Below the pieces are notes generated by a model. That model saw nothing but the letters and a program-made list of their open reading frames with translations. It searched no databases and was not told the DNA's origin. Positions 48,363 to 57,802 of a stretch of 64,000 bases of DNA are shown piece after piece (position 1 is the first letter of the stretch; every line of letters begins with the position of its first letter). Both the position numbers and the translations under genes were made by a program. Source of the DNA: Promethearchaeota archaeon (lineage in GTDB: Archaea; Asgardarchaeota; Lokiarchaeia; Sigyniarchaeales; SOKP01); assembly GCA_016839705.1 (NCBI GenBank), contig JAEOTR010000006.1, forward strand, positions 36,890-100,889. The letters run 5' to 3'.

Positions 48363-48548
48363 ATGGGAAAATTAAAACTAGTATGTTGTAAATGTGGTAA
48401 TATTATGGAAACGTTGCCACAAGGTGCCCAAGATATAATTATTGACGAAGAAACTGGAGAAGTTTTGTACTATAATGGACCAGAATACGGGTACTTAACT
48501 GCTGACTGCGTTTTATGTGAAAAATGTCAAAAAAAAAAGGTTAAATAA
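48363..48548 (+). CDS. small Cys-rich (zinc-ribbon-like) protein downstream of copA
   Basis: 61-aa ORF, 18 nt after the copA stop. GGTG lies before the ATG. CCKCG...CVLCEKC (two CxxC pairs). Confidence 0.5.
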   Translation: MGKLKLVCCKCGNIMETLPQGAQDIIIDEETGEVLYYNGPEYGYLTADCVLCEKCQKKKVK

Positions 48549-48648
48549 AGTTTTTTATGATCCCATTTTTATATTTCATAAAAATTAATCTTTAAAGCGT
48601 TTTTTCTTTCTTACACTTTAGGATTATGAAATAAGCCTTGGTGGCAAT

Positions 48649-49644
48649 ATGAAATATTACTCAAATATATTAAAATTAATTGGTAAAACACCATTAGTTC
48701 GAATTAACAAGAGCAATCCGAATCCAAATGTTTTAATGTTAGCCAAATTAGAAAAATATAATCCAGCGGGTTCAGTAAAAGATAGAATCGCTATTTCTAT
48801 GATTGAAGAGGCTGAGAAAGAAGGTCTTTTAACTCGTGATAAAATAGTGATTGAACCAAGTAGTGGAAATACAGGTATTGGGTTGGCTCTTATTTGCGCG
48901 GTTAAAGGATATCCTTTAGAAATTGTTATGCCCGAAACAATGTCAATAGAACGTCGTAAAATTATGACTACTTATGGGGCAAAAATCACATTAACTGATG
49001 GGAGTAAGGGAATGAATGGTGCAGAAGATTTTGTGAAAGAAATTGTCGAAAAGAATCCAGATAAATACTTTTATCCTAACCAGTTTGCTAACCCAAACAA
49101 TCCTTTAGCACATTATAGATATACCTCTGAAGAAATAATAGAGGATACTGATGGTGAAATAGATGTGTTTATCGGAGGTTTAGGCACATCGGGGACCCTA
49201 ATGGGAGTTTCAAAACGCTTAAAAGAATACAATCCAAGAATTAGAATAATTGGTGTAGAACCTGAGCCTAAACAAGGAATTCAAGGATTAAAAAACTTAG
49301 AAACTTCATATATTCCACCAATATTTGATGAGACAAGATTGGATGAAAGAGTATATGTAACTTTAGAAGATGCTGAACATGCTTCGAGAATGCTTTGCTT
49401 ACAAGAAGGAATTTTCTCGGGGATAAGTTCGGGGGCAGCCATGCATGTTGCGATTGAGACTGTAAGAAAGATGAAATCTGGTACAATGGTTGTATTATTG
49501 CCGGATGGGGGTGAAAAATACATATCCCATGATATTTACCGTCCAGAGAAATGTTTAGAATGCACAAAAATCTGTAGAATTAAGACCTTATGGACAGATG
49601 AATATATTAAATCAATTTCAGAATGGTGGGAACCACAAGAATAA
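48649..49644 (+). CDS. PLP-dependent cysteine synthase family enzyme (CysK/CysM/O-phosphoserine sulfhydrylase-like)
   Basis: 331-aa ORF. PLP Lys in GSVKDR, SSGNTG, GTSGT. About 30-aa C-terminal extension with CLECTKIC. Confidence 0.85.
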   Translation: MKYYSNILKLIGKTPLVRINKSNPNPNVLMLAKLEKYNPAGSVKDRIAISMIEEAEKEGLLTRDKIVIEPSSGNTGIGLALICAVKGYPLEIVMPETMSIERRKIMTTYGAKITLTDGSKGMNGAEDFVKEIVEKNPDKYFYPNQFANPNNPLAHYRYTSEEIIEDTDGEIDVFIGGLGTSGTLMGVSKRLKEYNPRIRIIGVEPEPKQGIQGLKNLETSYIPPIFDETRLDERVYVTLEDAEHASRMLCLQEGIFSGISSGAAMHVAIETVRKMKSGTMVVLLPDGGEKYISHDIYRPEKCLECTKICRIKTLWTDEYIKSISEWWEPQE

Positions 49645-49669
49645 ATCTTTTTTAAGAAACTTCTCCTTC

Positions 49670-52174
49670 TTAACCTTGTCTTCTTTCGTATTCACTTATT
49701 ATGGCGTCAACCTCTTTTAATATCTTACTTGTATCTGGAATCGAATTCAACTGTTCGGTGTAAAGTGGATAGAATTTGTGTAAAATAGTCAATAATTCTG
49801 TCCATGATTTCTGAGCATCTGTTTGTTGAGGAATCCCTTTTTTTAATTGGGACAAAACTCTCTTCTCCTTTTTAGTCTTTAAATTTCTCAAGAAGTTTTT
49901 AGCGACTAAAGCTCGAAATTTTGAATATTCATCAAACCTGAAATTCGCTAATGAATAATTCATATTATCATCAGAGTATGGCAAAAATTTGATTTTTTTA
50001 TCCTCTGGCTCATCAGGGTTATCTACTAAAGTTAATTCAATATCAACCTTACTGATCTGTTCTATCATGGGGTATAATTCCCCAGGATTAATTTTAGTTG
50101 CTGATTCAACCTCACTAGAAATTTCTGAGATAGGAATATAGAGTTCAGGGGTTTTCTCGGGATTTTCAATTCTATAAAGATATTCTTTTTTAAGAAGAGT
50201 AATTATTTGATTTTCTAAACTTGTCGTGAGTTGCTCAGGAGTAAATAATATTGAGGAATCCTTTAATTTTTGATCATATAATTCTTTATCTCTTTGTTTT
50301 TTACTGTAGTCTGTTGTAAGCGAGGAGATAAAGCTATTTTCGGTCACGTCAGATTCCCCGCTCTTCAATAACCTGCTTGTTTTACTTTTTTTTTCTAGAG
50401 TCGTTTCAAAAAGTCTTTCGCTGAGGAATTTTCTGGCCTTTTGTTTCGCTACGCCTTTTTTCTCAAAGCGTTCAGTCACAGAAGTAAAATGAATCATCTT
50501 TATAAGATTTCCAAGATCTTGCTTTTCTTCCGTTATCAAAATATCCATATCTTTGCTTGCTAGTTCTTCGAGAAATTTATAGACATCTCCTTTTGATAGT
50601 CGAGTCGCTTTAATTAATTCTCTCTCAATTACTGCAAGTGGATATGCTTCTCCTCTTCTGATATATTCACTTCTGATAATTTTATAAATTCTCTCCAGAC
50701 TTTTTTCTTCTTCGCTAACTGTTTCTTTTTGTAACCTCATAAACATGGAGGTTTCATGAGGTTTTAAATAGTAGATCAATATTGTACATCCTAAGAAAAA
50801 TATCATGAGAACCGAAATTATATATTTATCAGCCATCAAAAATTCACCTACATCAGTTATAATCTGATTCGGTATTTGACGTGCTAGAGAGAAACGTGTT
50901 AACGTTTGAGCTAATATACATGCCAAACAAAGCAATATTAATCCGTCTTGCTTAAAAATTAATATACGCCAACCTAATGTTTTTCCCGTTTTCCTCACAA
51001 TTCGATATAAGAAATACATAGATATAACAAATTCAAGAATAAAGATATACGTGGCTGCTGAACCTGTTGCCCCTATTGTTGCTTTGAATGCAGTAACAGT
51101 TTCAGGCTGTAAGAGTAAATATATACTTATTTGCATAATCTGAAAGAAAAAGATAAATAATATAATTAGAGAAAAAGTAAAATTATCAAACGTGCCAGCT
51201 CTTCGTGTTTCAGCTCTCCTTCTAGTAGATACAAATTCAAAAATAATAAAGACAAGAGTCATAACTAAACTAAGATAAATCAGAGGCATAATCCTGCGCA
51301 TTTCTGTATTGTATACAGCTACGGCGCTACTTGGATCGAATGCTGCAAAAAAATCTAATGAGAGAAACACCAAAAAACTTCTGTAAAATAATGAAATAAT
51401 AACAAGCACACCTAAAATGAAAAAGGGTATAATAATTGCTAAAAAATATCTTGGAATTGAATACTTTTTAATAAATCTAGCTTCTATTTTTGTTGAGAAT
51501 TTTCGTGAATAAATGTAAAATCTACTACTTAATAGAACTAACCAAATCATTGATAGACTTAATAAATATGTCATAAAATTAAGATCTGTTGAAATATATA
51601 AAAATAGTAAATATAATGCTGTAATTATACCACAATATAATATTAATTGTTTAATCGTAGTTTTTTTTTCAAAGATATAAATTCTTAATTTATCAATACT
51701 AAATAGAAAAGATAATACCAGAAAAAAAGCTACAATCGTGTTAGAAAAAACAAAAGGATTTCCTAACATCAGTACACTAATCCAAGAACTTCCTGGAATA
51801 TTAATTTCTATGATTAACAGTAAAGAATATATAATAAATATTGCATATAATCCAAAAAATTTTCTTTTAAAAGAATATGATTTTGGTTCTTGACCTTTGA
51901 TATAAACTTCTTGATGGGCTATCCTACTGGAATAAAAATCTGATAATTTGTTTTTTGTTTTAGAAGAGAATCTAGCTAATCTGTGCTGTTGTTTTGAAGT
52001 ATAACCCTTAACTTTTCGTTTTAATCCTATTTTACCGGGTTTTGACGTTTTTGGCAATTTTATTTTTGTAGATTTCTTCTTTTCTCCTTTAATTTCAGAC
52101 TTATTTGCGGTATCAGAATTATTTGAGTTTTTTGAAGAATTAGGTTGCTTGCCAGACATATATAAATAAAACAT
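49670..52174 (-). CDS. large polytopic membrane protein with basic N-terminus and ~350-aa cytoplasmic C-terminal region, unknown function
   Basis: 834-aa ORF. Lys/Ser-rich first ~100 aa, about 10 or more hydrophobic helices, then a soluble region with two winged-helix-like segments (LIKATRLSKGDVYKFLEELASKD; ATKINPGELYPMIEQISKVD). Confidence 0.6.
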   Translation of the reverse strand: MFYLYMSGKQPNSSKNSNNSDTANKSEIKGEKKKSTKIKLPKTSKPGKIGLKRKVKGYTSKQQHRLARFSSKTKNKLSDFYSSRIAHQEVYIKGQEPKSYSFKRKFFGLYAIFIIYSLLLIIEINIPGSSWISVLMLGNPFVFSNTIVAFFLVLSFLFSIDKLRIYIFEKKTTIKQLILYCGIITALYLLFLYISTDLNFMTYLLSLSMIWLVLLSSRFYIYSRKFSTKIEARFIKKYSIPRYFLAIIIPFFILGVLVIISLFYRSFLVFLSLDFFAAFDPSSAVAVYNTEMRRIMPLIYLSLVMTLVFIIFEFVSTRRRAETRRAGTFDNFTFSLIILFIFFFQIMQISIYLLLQPETVTAFKATIGATGSAATYIFILEFVISMYFLYRIVRKTGKTLGWRILIFKQDGLILLCLACILAQTLTRFSLARQIPNQIITDVGEFLMADKYIISVLMIFFLGCTILIYYLKPHETSMFMRLQKETVSEEEKSLERIYKIIRSEYIRRGEAYPLAVIERELIKATRLSKGDVYKFLEELASKDMDILITEEKQDLGNLIKMIHFTSVTERFEKKGVAKQKARKFLSERLFETTLEKKSKTSRLLKSGESDVTENSFISSLTTDYSKKQRDKELYDQKLKDSSILFTPEQLTTSLENQIITLLKKEYLYRIENPEKTPELYIPISEISSEVESATKINPGELYPMIEQISKVDIELTLVDNPDEPEDKKIKFLPYSDDNMNYSLANFRFDEYSKFRALVAKNFLRNLKTKKEKRVLSQLKKGIPQQTDAQKSWTELLTILHKFYPLYTEQLNSIPDTSKILKEVDAIISEYERRQG

Positions 52175-52336
52175 TTTTTTTTTAATATAAACCTAATTAT
52201 AATATAAAAATAGAACTCAAGAGTATTCAAATGATAAGAATATGAATATTTGTTCAATTGATAAATTTCATATGAAAGTTTTAAAAACACTCAAATATAT
52301 CATATAATTACAACAAATTCATTTTAATTTCTATAA

Positions 52337-52615
52337 ATGAAAACTTCTCAAGTAGATAATAAAGAGAATTTAATTGGTTTAGTTAAAAAAGCAATTGAAT
52401 TACTCTGTGAAAAGAATATATCGCGTGTTGTAGTGTTGTCCTCTTATAAAATTAATTCAATTTTAAAAGAAAACTACGGTGTAGATATTAAAGTGGACCG
52501 AATCGGTCGTGTGCTCAGTCGAGTCGCAAAATTAAACCAACTTAAACGTCTAAGCACAAACATCCCTAAATATCGGCTTAATGTTTCAAAAGTTTCCAGC
52601 TTACAATTCTTTTAA
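52337..52615 (+). CDS. hypothetical small protein
   Basis: 92-aa ORF with an ATG start, convergent with the MPN- gene. No motif recognised. Confidence 0.4.
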   Translation: MKTSQVDNKENLIGLVKKAIELLCEKNISRVVVLSSYKINSILKENYGVDIKVDRIGRVLSRVAKLNQLKRLSTNIPKYRLNVSKVSSLQFF

Positions 52616-52620
52616 AAAAA

Positions 52621-53982
52621 TTAGGTTAAATTCCGAAAATCAGTTATTATTTTTTGGAGTTTTTCAAGCAAGATTTTGATTTCTGAATATTTTTCTAGGG
52701 TTTGTTTTAGTTCTGAATCTATTTCTTCAGATTTTTCATGAATTTGTGTTTTAAAAGGAGTCATAACATTTTCTATGTGAACATCAATATTACGGGTTAG
52801 ATTATTAACATTATTGTCGGTCTCTGAGACTAATGAGTTTAATTCTATCGTGATTTCTGCAAGTCTAGAATTTAAATCTGAATTTTTATTTGATATATCC
52901 TGTAGTGTACTAATTTGTTCTTGTAAAGGATTTATGGAAGTTCTAATTTGTTCCAAAACTTTTTCTTTTAGCTCAATTATGAGATCATCTAACTTTTTAG
53001 CAATTTCATTTTTCATTTCTCGTTGTCCATCTACACGTTCATCAATATATTCAGTAATATGTTTTTTAAAAAGGCTTGAAATCTCAATGAATGTACTGTC
53101 GAAATAGTTTTGCACATTTTTTAGTCCATCTGAAACTGTATTCTTTAATTGATTCAATGATCTGCTAATAAATTCCAAACCTTTAAGAGTTCCTTGAGTC
53201 ATATCACCCACCCAAGTATTTAACTGAGATTTATATGCCCCACTGATTGATTCATTCAATTTTTCTATCCCATTATTAAAACCTTCAAAAACATAATTTA
53301 CTTGTGAGGAATAATCCTTAATGCTCTCTTCAACTAAATCTTCCGTCGGCATCGGTATTTCTTGTAATTCTTTTAAAGGTGTTTCCTTCAATTCCTTGAT
53401 TATAACTGGAGATAACCTTTGTGAGTCTTCTACAAATTTTTGTACCCATTTGAAAAAATTTAAATTTGCTGGGATATCGATATCATATGGAACTTCATTA
53501 TAATCATTTGATTTTTTATAATCTTTAAGAGTATAAATTTTAAATCCAAAATCTTTTTCTTTCCCCATGATTGTGTGATCAAATACAATTGCGAAGCCGT
53601 GAGGGTTTTTCTCTGTTTGGAAGAATTTATGGTTTTGAATTGTGATATCGGTAAAATCTAAACCCCAACCTGGCCGAGAAATATACCATCCTATAATTTT
53701 TAACCCCTTTTCTTGATATTGCATATTTAAATCTGCAAAAATTTCAATATCTTCTTTTGTGAATCCCGTAGATACCTGAATTCCATGTTGAAAAGGAATA
53801 ACATTAGTTAAATTAAATTCACCTGTATTTTCATCTTCCTTTCCAATACAAATCCCCATAACCTCAATACTTTCGTCTAAAGCCTCATTGCCAAATCTTA
53901 ACACATGGGCAAACATCCGAATGAATGGGTTTGATTCGATTTTGATTTTTGACATTTTTACCTTATTCTCCTCCTTTTTCAA
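52621..53982 (-). CDS. MPN-minus (degenerate JAMM) domain protein with long C-terminal coiled coil
   Basis: 453-aa ORF, paralogous to the next gene. Conserved Glu (IEVMG) is retained, but the JAMM positions read ISRPGWGLDFTDIT instead of HxHx7SxxD. C-terminal ~270 aa are heptad-rich. An ATG at 53955 (7 nt after the upstream stop, preceded by GGAGGAG) is the likely start. Confidence 0.75.
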   Translation of the reverse strand: MKKEENKVKMSKIKIESNPFIRMFAHVLRFGNEALDESIEVMGICIGKEDENTGEFNLTNVIPFQHGIQVSTGFTKEDIEIFADLNMQYQEKGLKIIGWYISRPGWGLDFTDITIQNHKFFQTEKNPHGFAIVFDHTIMGKEKDFGFKIYTLKDYKKSNDYNEVPYDIDIPANLNFFKWVQKFVEDSQRLSPVIIKELKETPLKELQEIPMPTEDLVEESIKDYSSQVNYVFEGFNNGIEKLNESISGAYKSQLNTWVGDMTQGTLKGLEFISRSLNQLKNTVSDGLKNVQNYFDSTFIEISSLFKKHITEYIDERVDGQREMKNEIAKKLDDLIIELKEKVLEQIRTSINPLQEQISTLQDISNKNSDLNSRLAEITIELNSLVSETDNNVNNLTRNIDVHIENVMTPFKTQIHEKSEEIDSELKQTLEKYSEIKILLEKLQKIITDFRNLT

Positions 53983-55468
53983 GCTTTTCTATTTTTTTTA
54001 ACAAAATCTTCTTCTCAGATCTAAGATCTCCTATAGTTTTTTGAAGTTCTTTATTCTCAGATTGGGTAGAATTTAATTTCTCTTTAATGGGAGTCTTTAA
54101 GCTTTCTAATAAAATTATTGCAGCTTTTAAGTTTGACACATAACCTTTTGTTTCTTTATTTAAATTATTAAGATTGCTTTTCATTCTATTAGTGGATTTA
54201 GAATAGTTTGTCATTACATCTTCCTGTGCTGTATTCAAATTTGTCTGGATGAATTTATCAAGTGATTTATGCTTTTCTGTTAAACCAATCAAAGCATCAC
54301 GACCTTGTTCCAGAGTTTTTATATGATTTGTTAACTTTTGATTAAAATCTAATATTTTTGAGGACAGAGGATTAATGTTTTTGATTATTTGGTCAAATAA
54401 TATCTGCCCTTTTTCTGTAAATAAAGTTGTTATTTGATCTTTGTACTCCTCAATTGATTTACTTACCAAATTTGTAATATTCTCTTTCTCCTTATCAAAT
54501 TCTTCAAGTTTGTCAAATACATTGTCTTCAATTTTTCTTAAATCATTATTTAAATTGTAATTAAAAGATTGTTGTAAATTGATAACCTCATTACTTAATT
54601 TGTCTTTAAGTTCTTTTAAATCATATCGTAATTTGGAATTATTAACCTGAATCCTACTTATAGTATCTTGACCCCATGAATTCATAAAATAAATTAATGG
54701 CTTTATCGAAAGATCTAAGAAACTTTCCATCCCATTTTTCAATATAGAATAAATTTCATTAAAATTAATTTCTCGTAGTTTTACTGTTAGCTGATCTTCT
54801 TCAGGGATGAAAACATCGCTAAATAAATCTACCGTTTCATTTAATTCAAGAATTTGGGGTTCTCCTGTATGAATTTTGTTAATTAATTCCATGAGTTTTA
54901 GATAAAACTCAAGATTATCAGGGGGTTCAACAACAGCATTTACTTCATGATAATCTGATTTCAATGCTAATGTTGGATCGTCTAAATTTTTCTCATCTAA
55001 CCTAAATACTCTAAATCCTAAATCTCCTGGTTTTTCTAAATATGTATGATCAAAGACTATACCTATACCACTTGGGCTTTTTTGCCAAAAAATCTGATTA
55101 AATTTATCAGTTTCGGAAAAAAATATTGAGAGCCCAGGGTGACTATGAAACCATCCTACAGAAAACCAACCAAGATGACCGTACTGCTCATAGATTTTTC
55201 CATCTAGCTCTGCAAATGCTCCTAATTGATCAGGTGTATATTTAACTTCTATTATCCCTCCATGAGAAACAGGCGCTACATCTTCCACAATCACATTTTT
55301 AATCTCACCTTCACCTTCCAGATGCCCAATAAGCGCCCCCATAACTTCACTTAGTTTTTTCTTTTCTTTTTCTAGAATTTTTGAGCCAAACCGTAATACA
55401 TGAAGTAACATCTTATAGTAAGCTAATGGTTTAATTGTTACTATACTATCATCATCCTTTTTCCCCAT
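53963..55468 (-). CDS. MPN-plus (intact JAMM metalloprotease motif) domain protein with long C-terminal coiled coil
   Basis: 501-aa ORF. Glu in SEVMG. HSHPGLSIFFSETD = HxHx7SxxD (55106-55147). C-terminal ~300 aa are heptad-rich. Confidence 0.8.
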   Translation of the reverse strand: MGKKDDDSIVTIKPLAYYKMLLHVLRFGSKILEKEKKKLSEVMGALIGHLEGEGEIKNVIVEDVAPVSHGGIIEVKYTPDQLGAFAELDGKIYEQYGHLGWFSVGWFHSHPGLSIFFSETDKFNQIFWQKSPSGIGIVFDHTYLEKPGDLGFRVFRLDEKNLDDPTLALKSDYHEVNAVVEPPDNLEFYLKLMELINKIHTGEPQILELNETVDLFSDVFIPEEDQLTVKLREINFNEIYSILKNGMESFLDLSIKPLIYFMNSWGQDTISRIQVNNSKLRYDLKELKDKLSNEVINLQQSFNYNLNNDLRKIEDNVFDKLEEFDKEKENITNLVSKSIEEYKDQITTLFTEKGQILFDQIIKNINPLSSKILDFNQKLTNHIKTLEQGRDALIGLTEKHKSLDKFIQTNLNTAQEDVMTNYSKSTNRMKSNLNNLNKETKGYVSNLKAAIILLESLKTPIKEKLNSTQSENKELQKTIGDLRSEKKILLKKIEKLEKGGE

Positions 55469-55498
55469 TTAACATTCACTTGTTTTTTCAAATTTATG

Positions 55499-55509
55499 AT
55501 ATATATATA
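55499..55509 (-). promoter_or_regulatory. TATA-box candidate for the MPN+/MPN- operon
   Basis: ATATATATATA is centred about 36 nt upstream of the ATG at 55468. AT-rich background, so support is weak. Confidence 0.3.
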
Positions 55510-55848
55510 GTTTGTATGGTTTTAAATATTTGAACAAAAAGTATTTAATTTAAAAACCCCATTTTCCAAATTTTCTTTTTTAACTTATAAAGAAAATATT
55601 ATAGAGATTTAAGAACTCTTATTTTTTGGATTAAACACCCTAACTCTGCTCGAAGGTTGAGTAAGTCTTCCACAACATTGTTTCCTTTCCTTAATTTGAC
55701 AATTTAACATTAAAGGAATCTTCAATATAAAATTAACTTGGATTTCTCGAATTTTAAAGATGCATTTCTAAATTGCACTGAGATGGGATCCTAAAAATAG
55801 CATTATGTAAAAAAACAGTTGATTAAAATAAAATCTCTAAAAAAATTA

Positions 55849-56508
55849 TTATTCATGAGGAAGTGGTTTCCCACAATATGGACAGAATTTCCAATTTAAA
55901 TCTTTACCACAATGTGGACAAAATGCTGACCCTATTGAATTTGGAGGCTCTTCTGCAGCAACACCTTCCTTTGGAATTGATGGTAATTGTCTGGTTGTCT
56001 TTAAGGGAGCAATATTTGATGAAGGGGATTGGATTTCCTCCTTTCTGGCAGCTACTCTTTGTTTAAAAGCTTGTCTTCTCTCGTCTTCAAGATCTTGTTG
56101 ATTTTTCACGTCATCACTTTTCACCCATCCTTGAACTTTGGGTCTTTTTAAAGCATCTTCAGATACTTTATCTAATTGTACATCCTTTATGTCCGAGATA
56201 GGAACCATAGCTTTTCTTTCTTCTTTCCTTTTAATTGCCTGTTTGACTAGGGCTTGGGTTGTCTTCATAACCTGATGTGGGTTGATATTTGGTATTGCTA
56301 CAGTACGGAGAACCCATCCAACGATTAAGTTTTGGTTTGGAAAGCCACCCTCAGTGTCTTCATCCTTATAAACATATGAATCAATTACATCTCTACCTTT
56401 CAGTAATCGTGAAGCCCACTTGTCATTAATCAGACCTAATTGGATCCTGTAGCTAGTACCAGGTACCCCAAGTTCTGATGTTAGAGGAATAAAGCCTTTT
56501 TCCGTCAA
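55849..56508 (-). CDS. protein with unknown N-terminal domain, charged linker and C-terminal zinc ribbon
   Basis: 219-aa ORF. C-terminal CPHCGKDLNWKFCPYCG (two CxxC). K/E/R/Q-rich middle region. Confidence 0.6.
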   Translation of the reverse strand: MTEKGFIPLTSELGVPGTSYRIQLGLINDKWASRLLKGRDVIDSYVYKDEDTEGGFPNQNLIVGWVLRTVAIPNINPHQVMKTTQALVKQAIKRKEERKAMVPISDIKDVQLDKVSEDALKRPKVQGWVKSDDVKNQQDLEDERRQAFKQRVAARKEEIQSPSSNIAPLKTTRQLPSIPKEGVAAEEPPNSIGSAFCPHCGKDLNWKFCPYCGKPLPHE

Positions 56509-56696
56509 AATTCATCACTTTTTTGTTAACATAATTTAAACTTAGTAATATTAATATGGTAAATTTTGAATTTAAATTATTATTTATTTCAAAATAGATT
56601 TTTCTAAAAAATCTATGAAAATGATGAATTCTAAAAAAAAAGACATAAATAGAAAAATTTGTATTAATTTGTAGAAAGCTATTTTAATATCAAAAA

Positions 56697-57665
56697 TTGG
56701 TTGAAAAAATGACGGTTATAATCCCCAAGAAAGTTTATTTAACTATTGTAGCTGCAGCTGTGAGATTTGCTAATGCTCGTATACCAAAAAACGATTGGCT
56801 TGAAGTGAGTGGTATTTTTACAGGAAGAAATGAAGGTGATAATGTTATAGTTTCAGCTGCTTACCCAATTATGCATCAAGAATTAGATAAAGATGCTGTA
56901 ATCGATCAATATAAATGGAGTGATGAAGATTATGAGTCTCTTTATATTATTGATGAAGAAGCATTCTCACGAGATCCTCCTGAATTTGTACTTGGTTGGT
57001 GGCACAGTCATCCTGGATTTAAAGTCATGATGTCACATATTGATATTCGCACTACACTATCTTATCAACAAAGCAATCCTTTAGCACTTTCACTTGTATT
57101 TAATCCAATAAGGTTAATTCGTCAAATTGAAGTTGCAGATAAAAAAGGAGATCCAGATACACAATTAAAAAGCGATCCAGGTTTTAAGATATTCAGACTA
57201 GATAATGTATCTAGTGGTATAGAAGCATCCTATCATCCTGTGGAGTATTCAATTGAAGGGTACGATAGCATGGAACAACTCATAAGTTTAACACAAAAAT
57301 TCATTATAGATGTCACCAACTTGTTTCCAAAGGAGAATGTACCTCAGACTTATGAAAAGATAATTGAGGAACGAATTGAACAACTGAATTCATTATTGTT
57401 GGGAACTGAAGAGTATTTGACAACATTAACTCGACATGGAGAAACTCAACGTATTCCGAGAGTATTAGAAAATCAATCTCAAGAAATCTATAAATTTGTT
57501 GAAGAAACTAATGGACGCATTAATTTCATTAAACAATTCATGGAATACATAGAATATAAAGAAAAAGAAGCAATTATTCCTCAAGTAGAGAAAACTTTAT
57601 CAAAGTGGAGTGGAGTTTTAGCGGACTTGGACAAAAAACTTAAAGAATTATTTAAGAAATTCTAA
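56697..57665 (+). CDS. MPN-plus (intact JAMM) domain protein with shorter helical C-terminus
   Basis: 322-aa ORF. Glu in LEVSG. HSHPGFKVMMSHID = HxHx7SxxD (57003-57044). The track start is TTG; the likely start is the ATG at 56709. Confidence 0.8.
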   Translation: MVEKMTVIIPKKVYLTIVAAAVRFANARIPKNDWLEVSGIFTGRNEGDNVIVSAAYPIMHQELDKDAVIDQYKWSDEDYESLYIIDEEAFSRDPPEFVLGWWHSHPGFKVMMSHIDIRTTLSYQQSNPLALSLVFNPIRLIRQIEVADKKGDPDTQLKSDPGFKIFRLDNVSSGIEASYHPVEYSIEGYDSMEQLISLTQKFIIDVTNLFPKENVPQTYEKIIEERIEQLNSLLLGTEEYLTTLTRHGETQRIPRVLENQSQEIYKFVEETNGRINFIKQFMEYIEYKEKEAIIPQVEKTLSKWSGVLADLDKKLKELFKKF

Positions 57666-57802
57666 ATTTTATTGCTGTAAAAAATATTTTTCATCTTATT
57701 TTTAATTTTGATATCTTTTTATTTGATTAAGCGTTATTTTGATTAAGAAAACTACGATTTTCTATATTTAAACCGTAGGAAATAAATGAAACTTCTTATA
57801 TT

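Noticed and set aside
56613-56619. An ATGATGA motif as the C box of a C/D-box sRNA, in the intergenic region between the zinc-ribbon and MPN genes.
   Set aside because: No CTGA D box or terminal stem lies within the following ~70 nt. The motif is expected by chance in AT-rich DNA.
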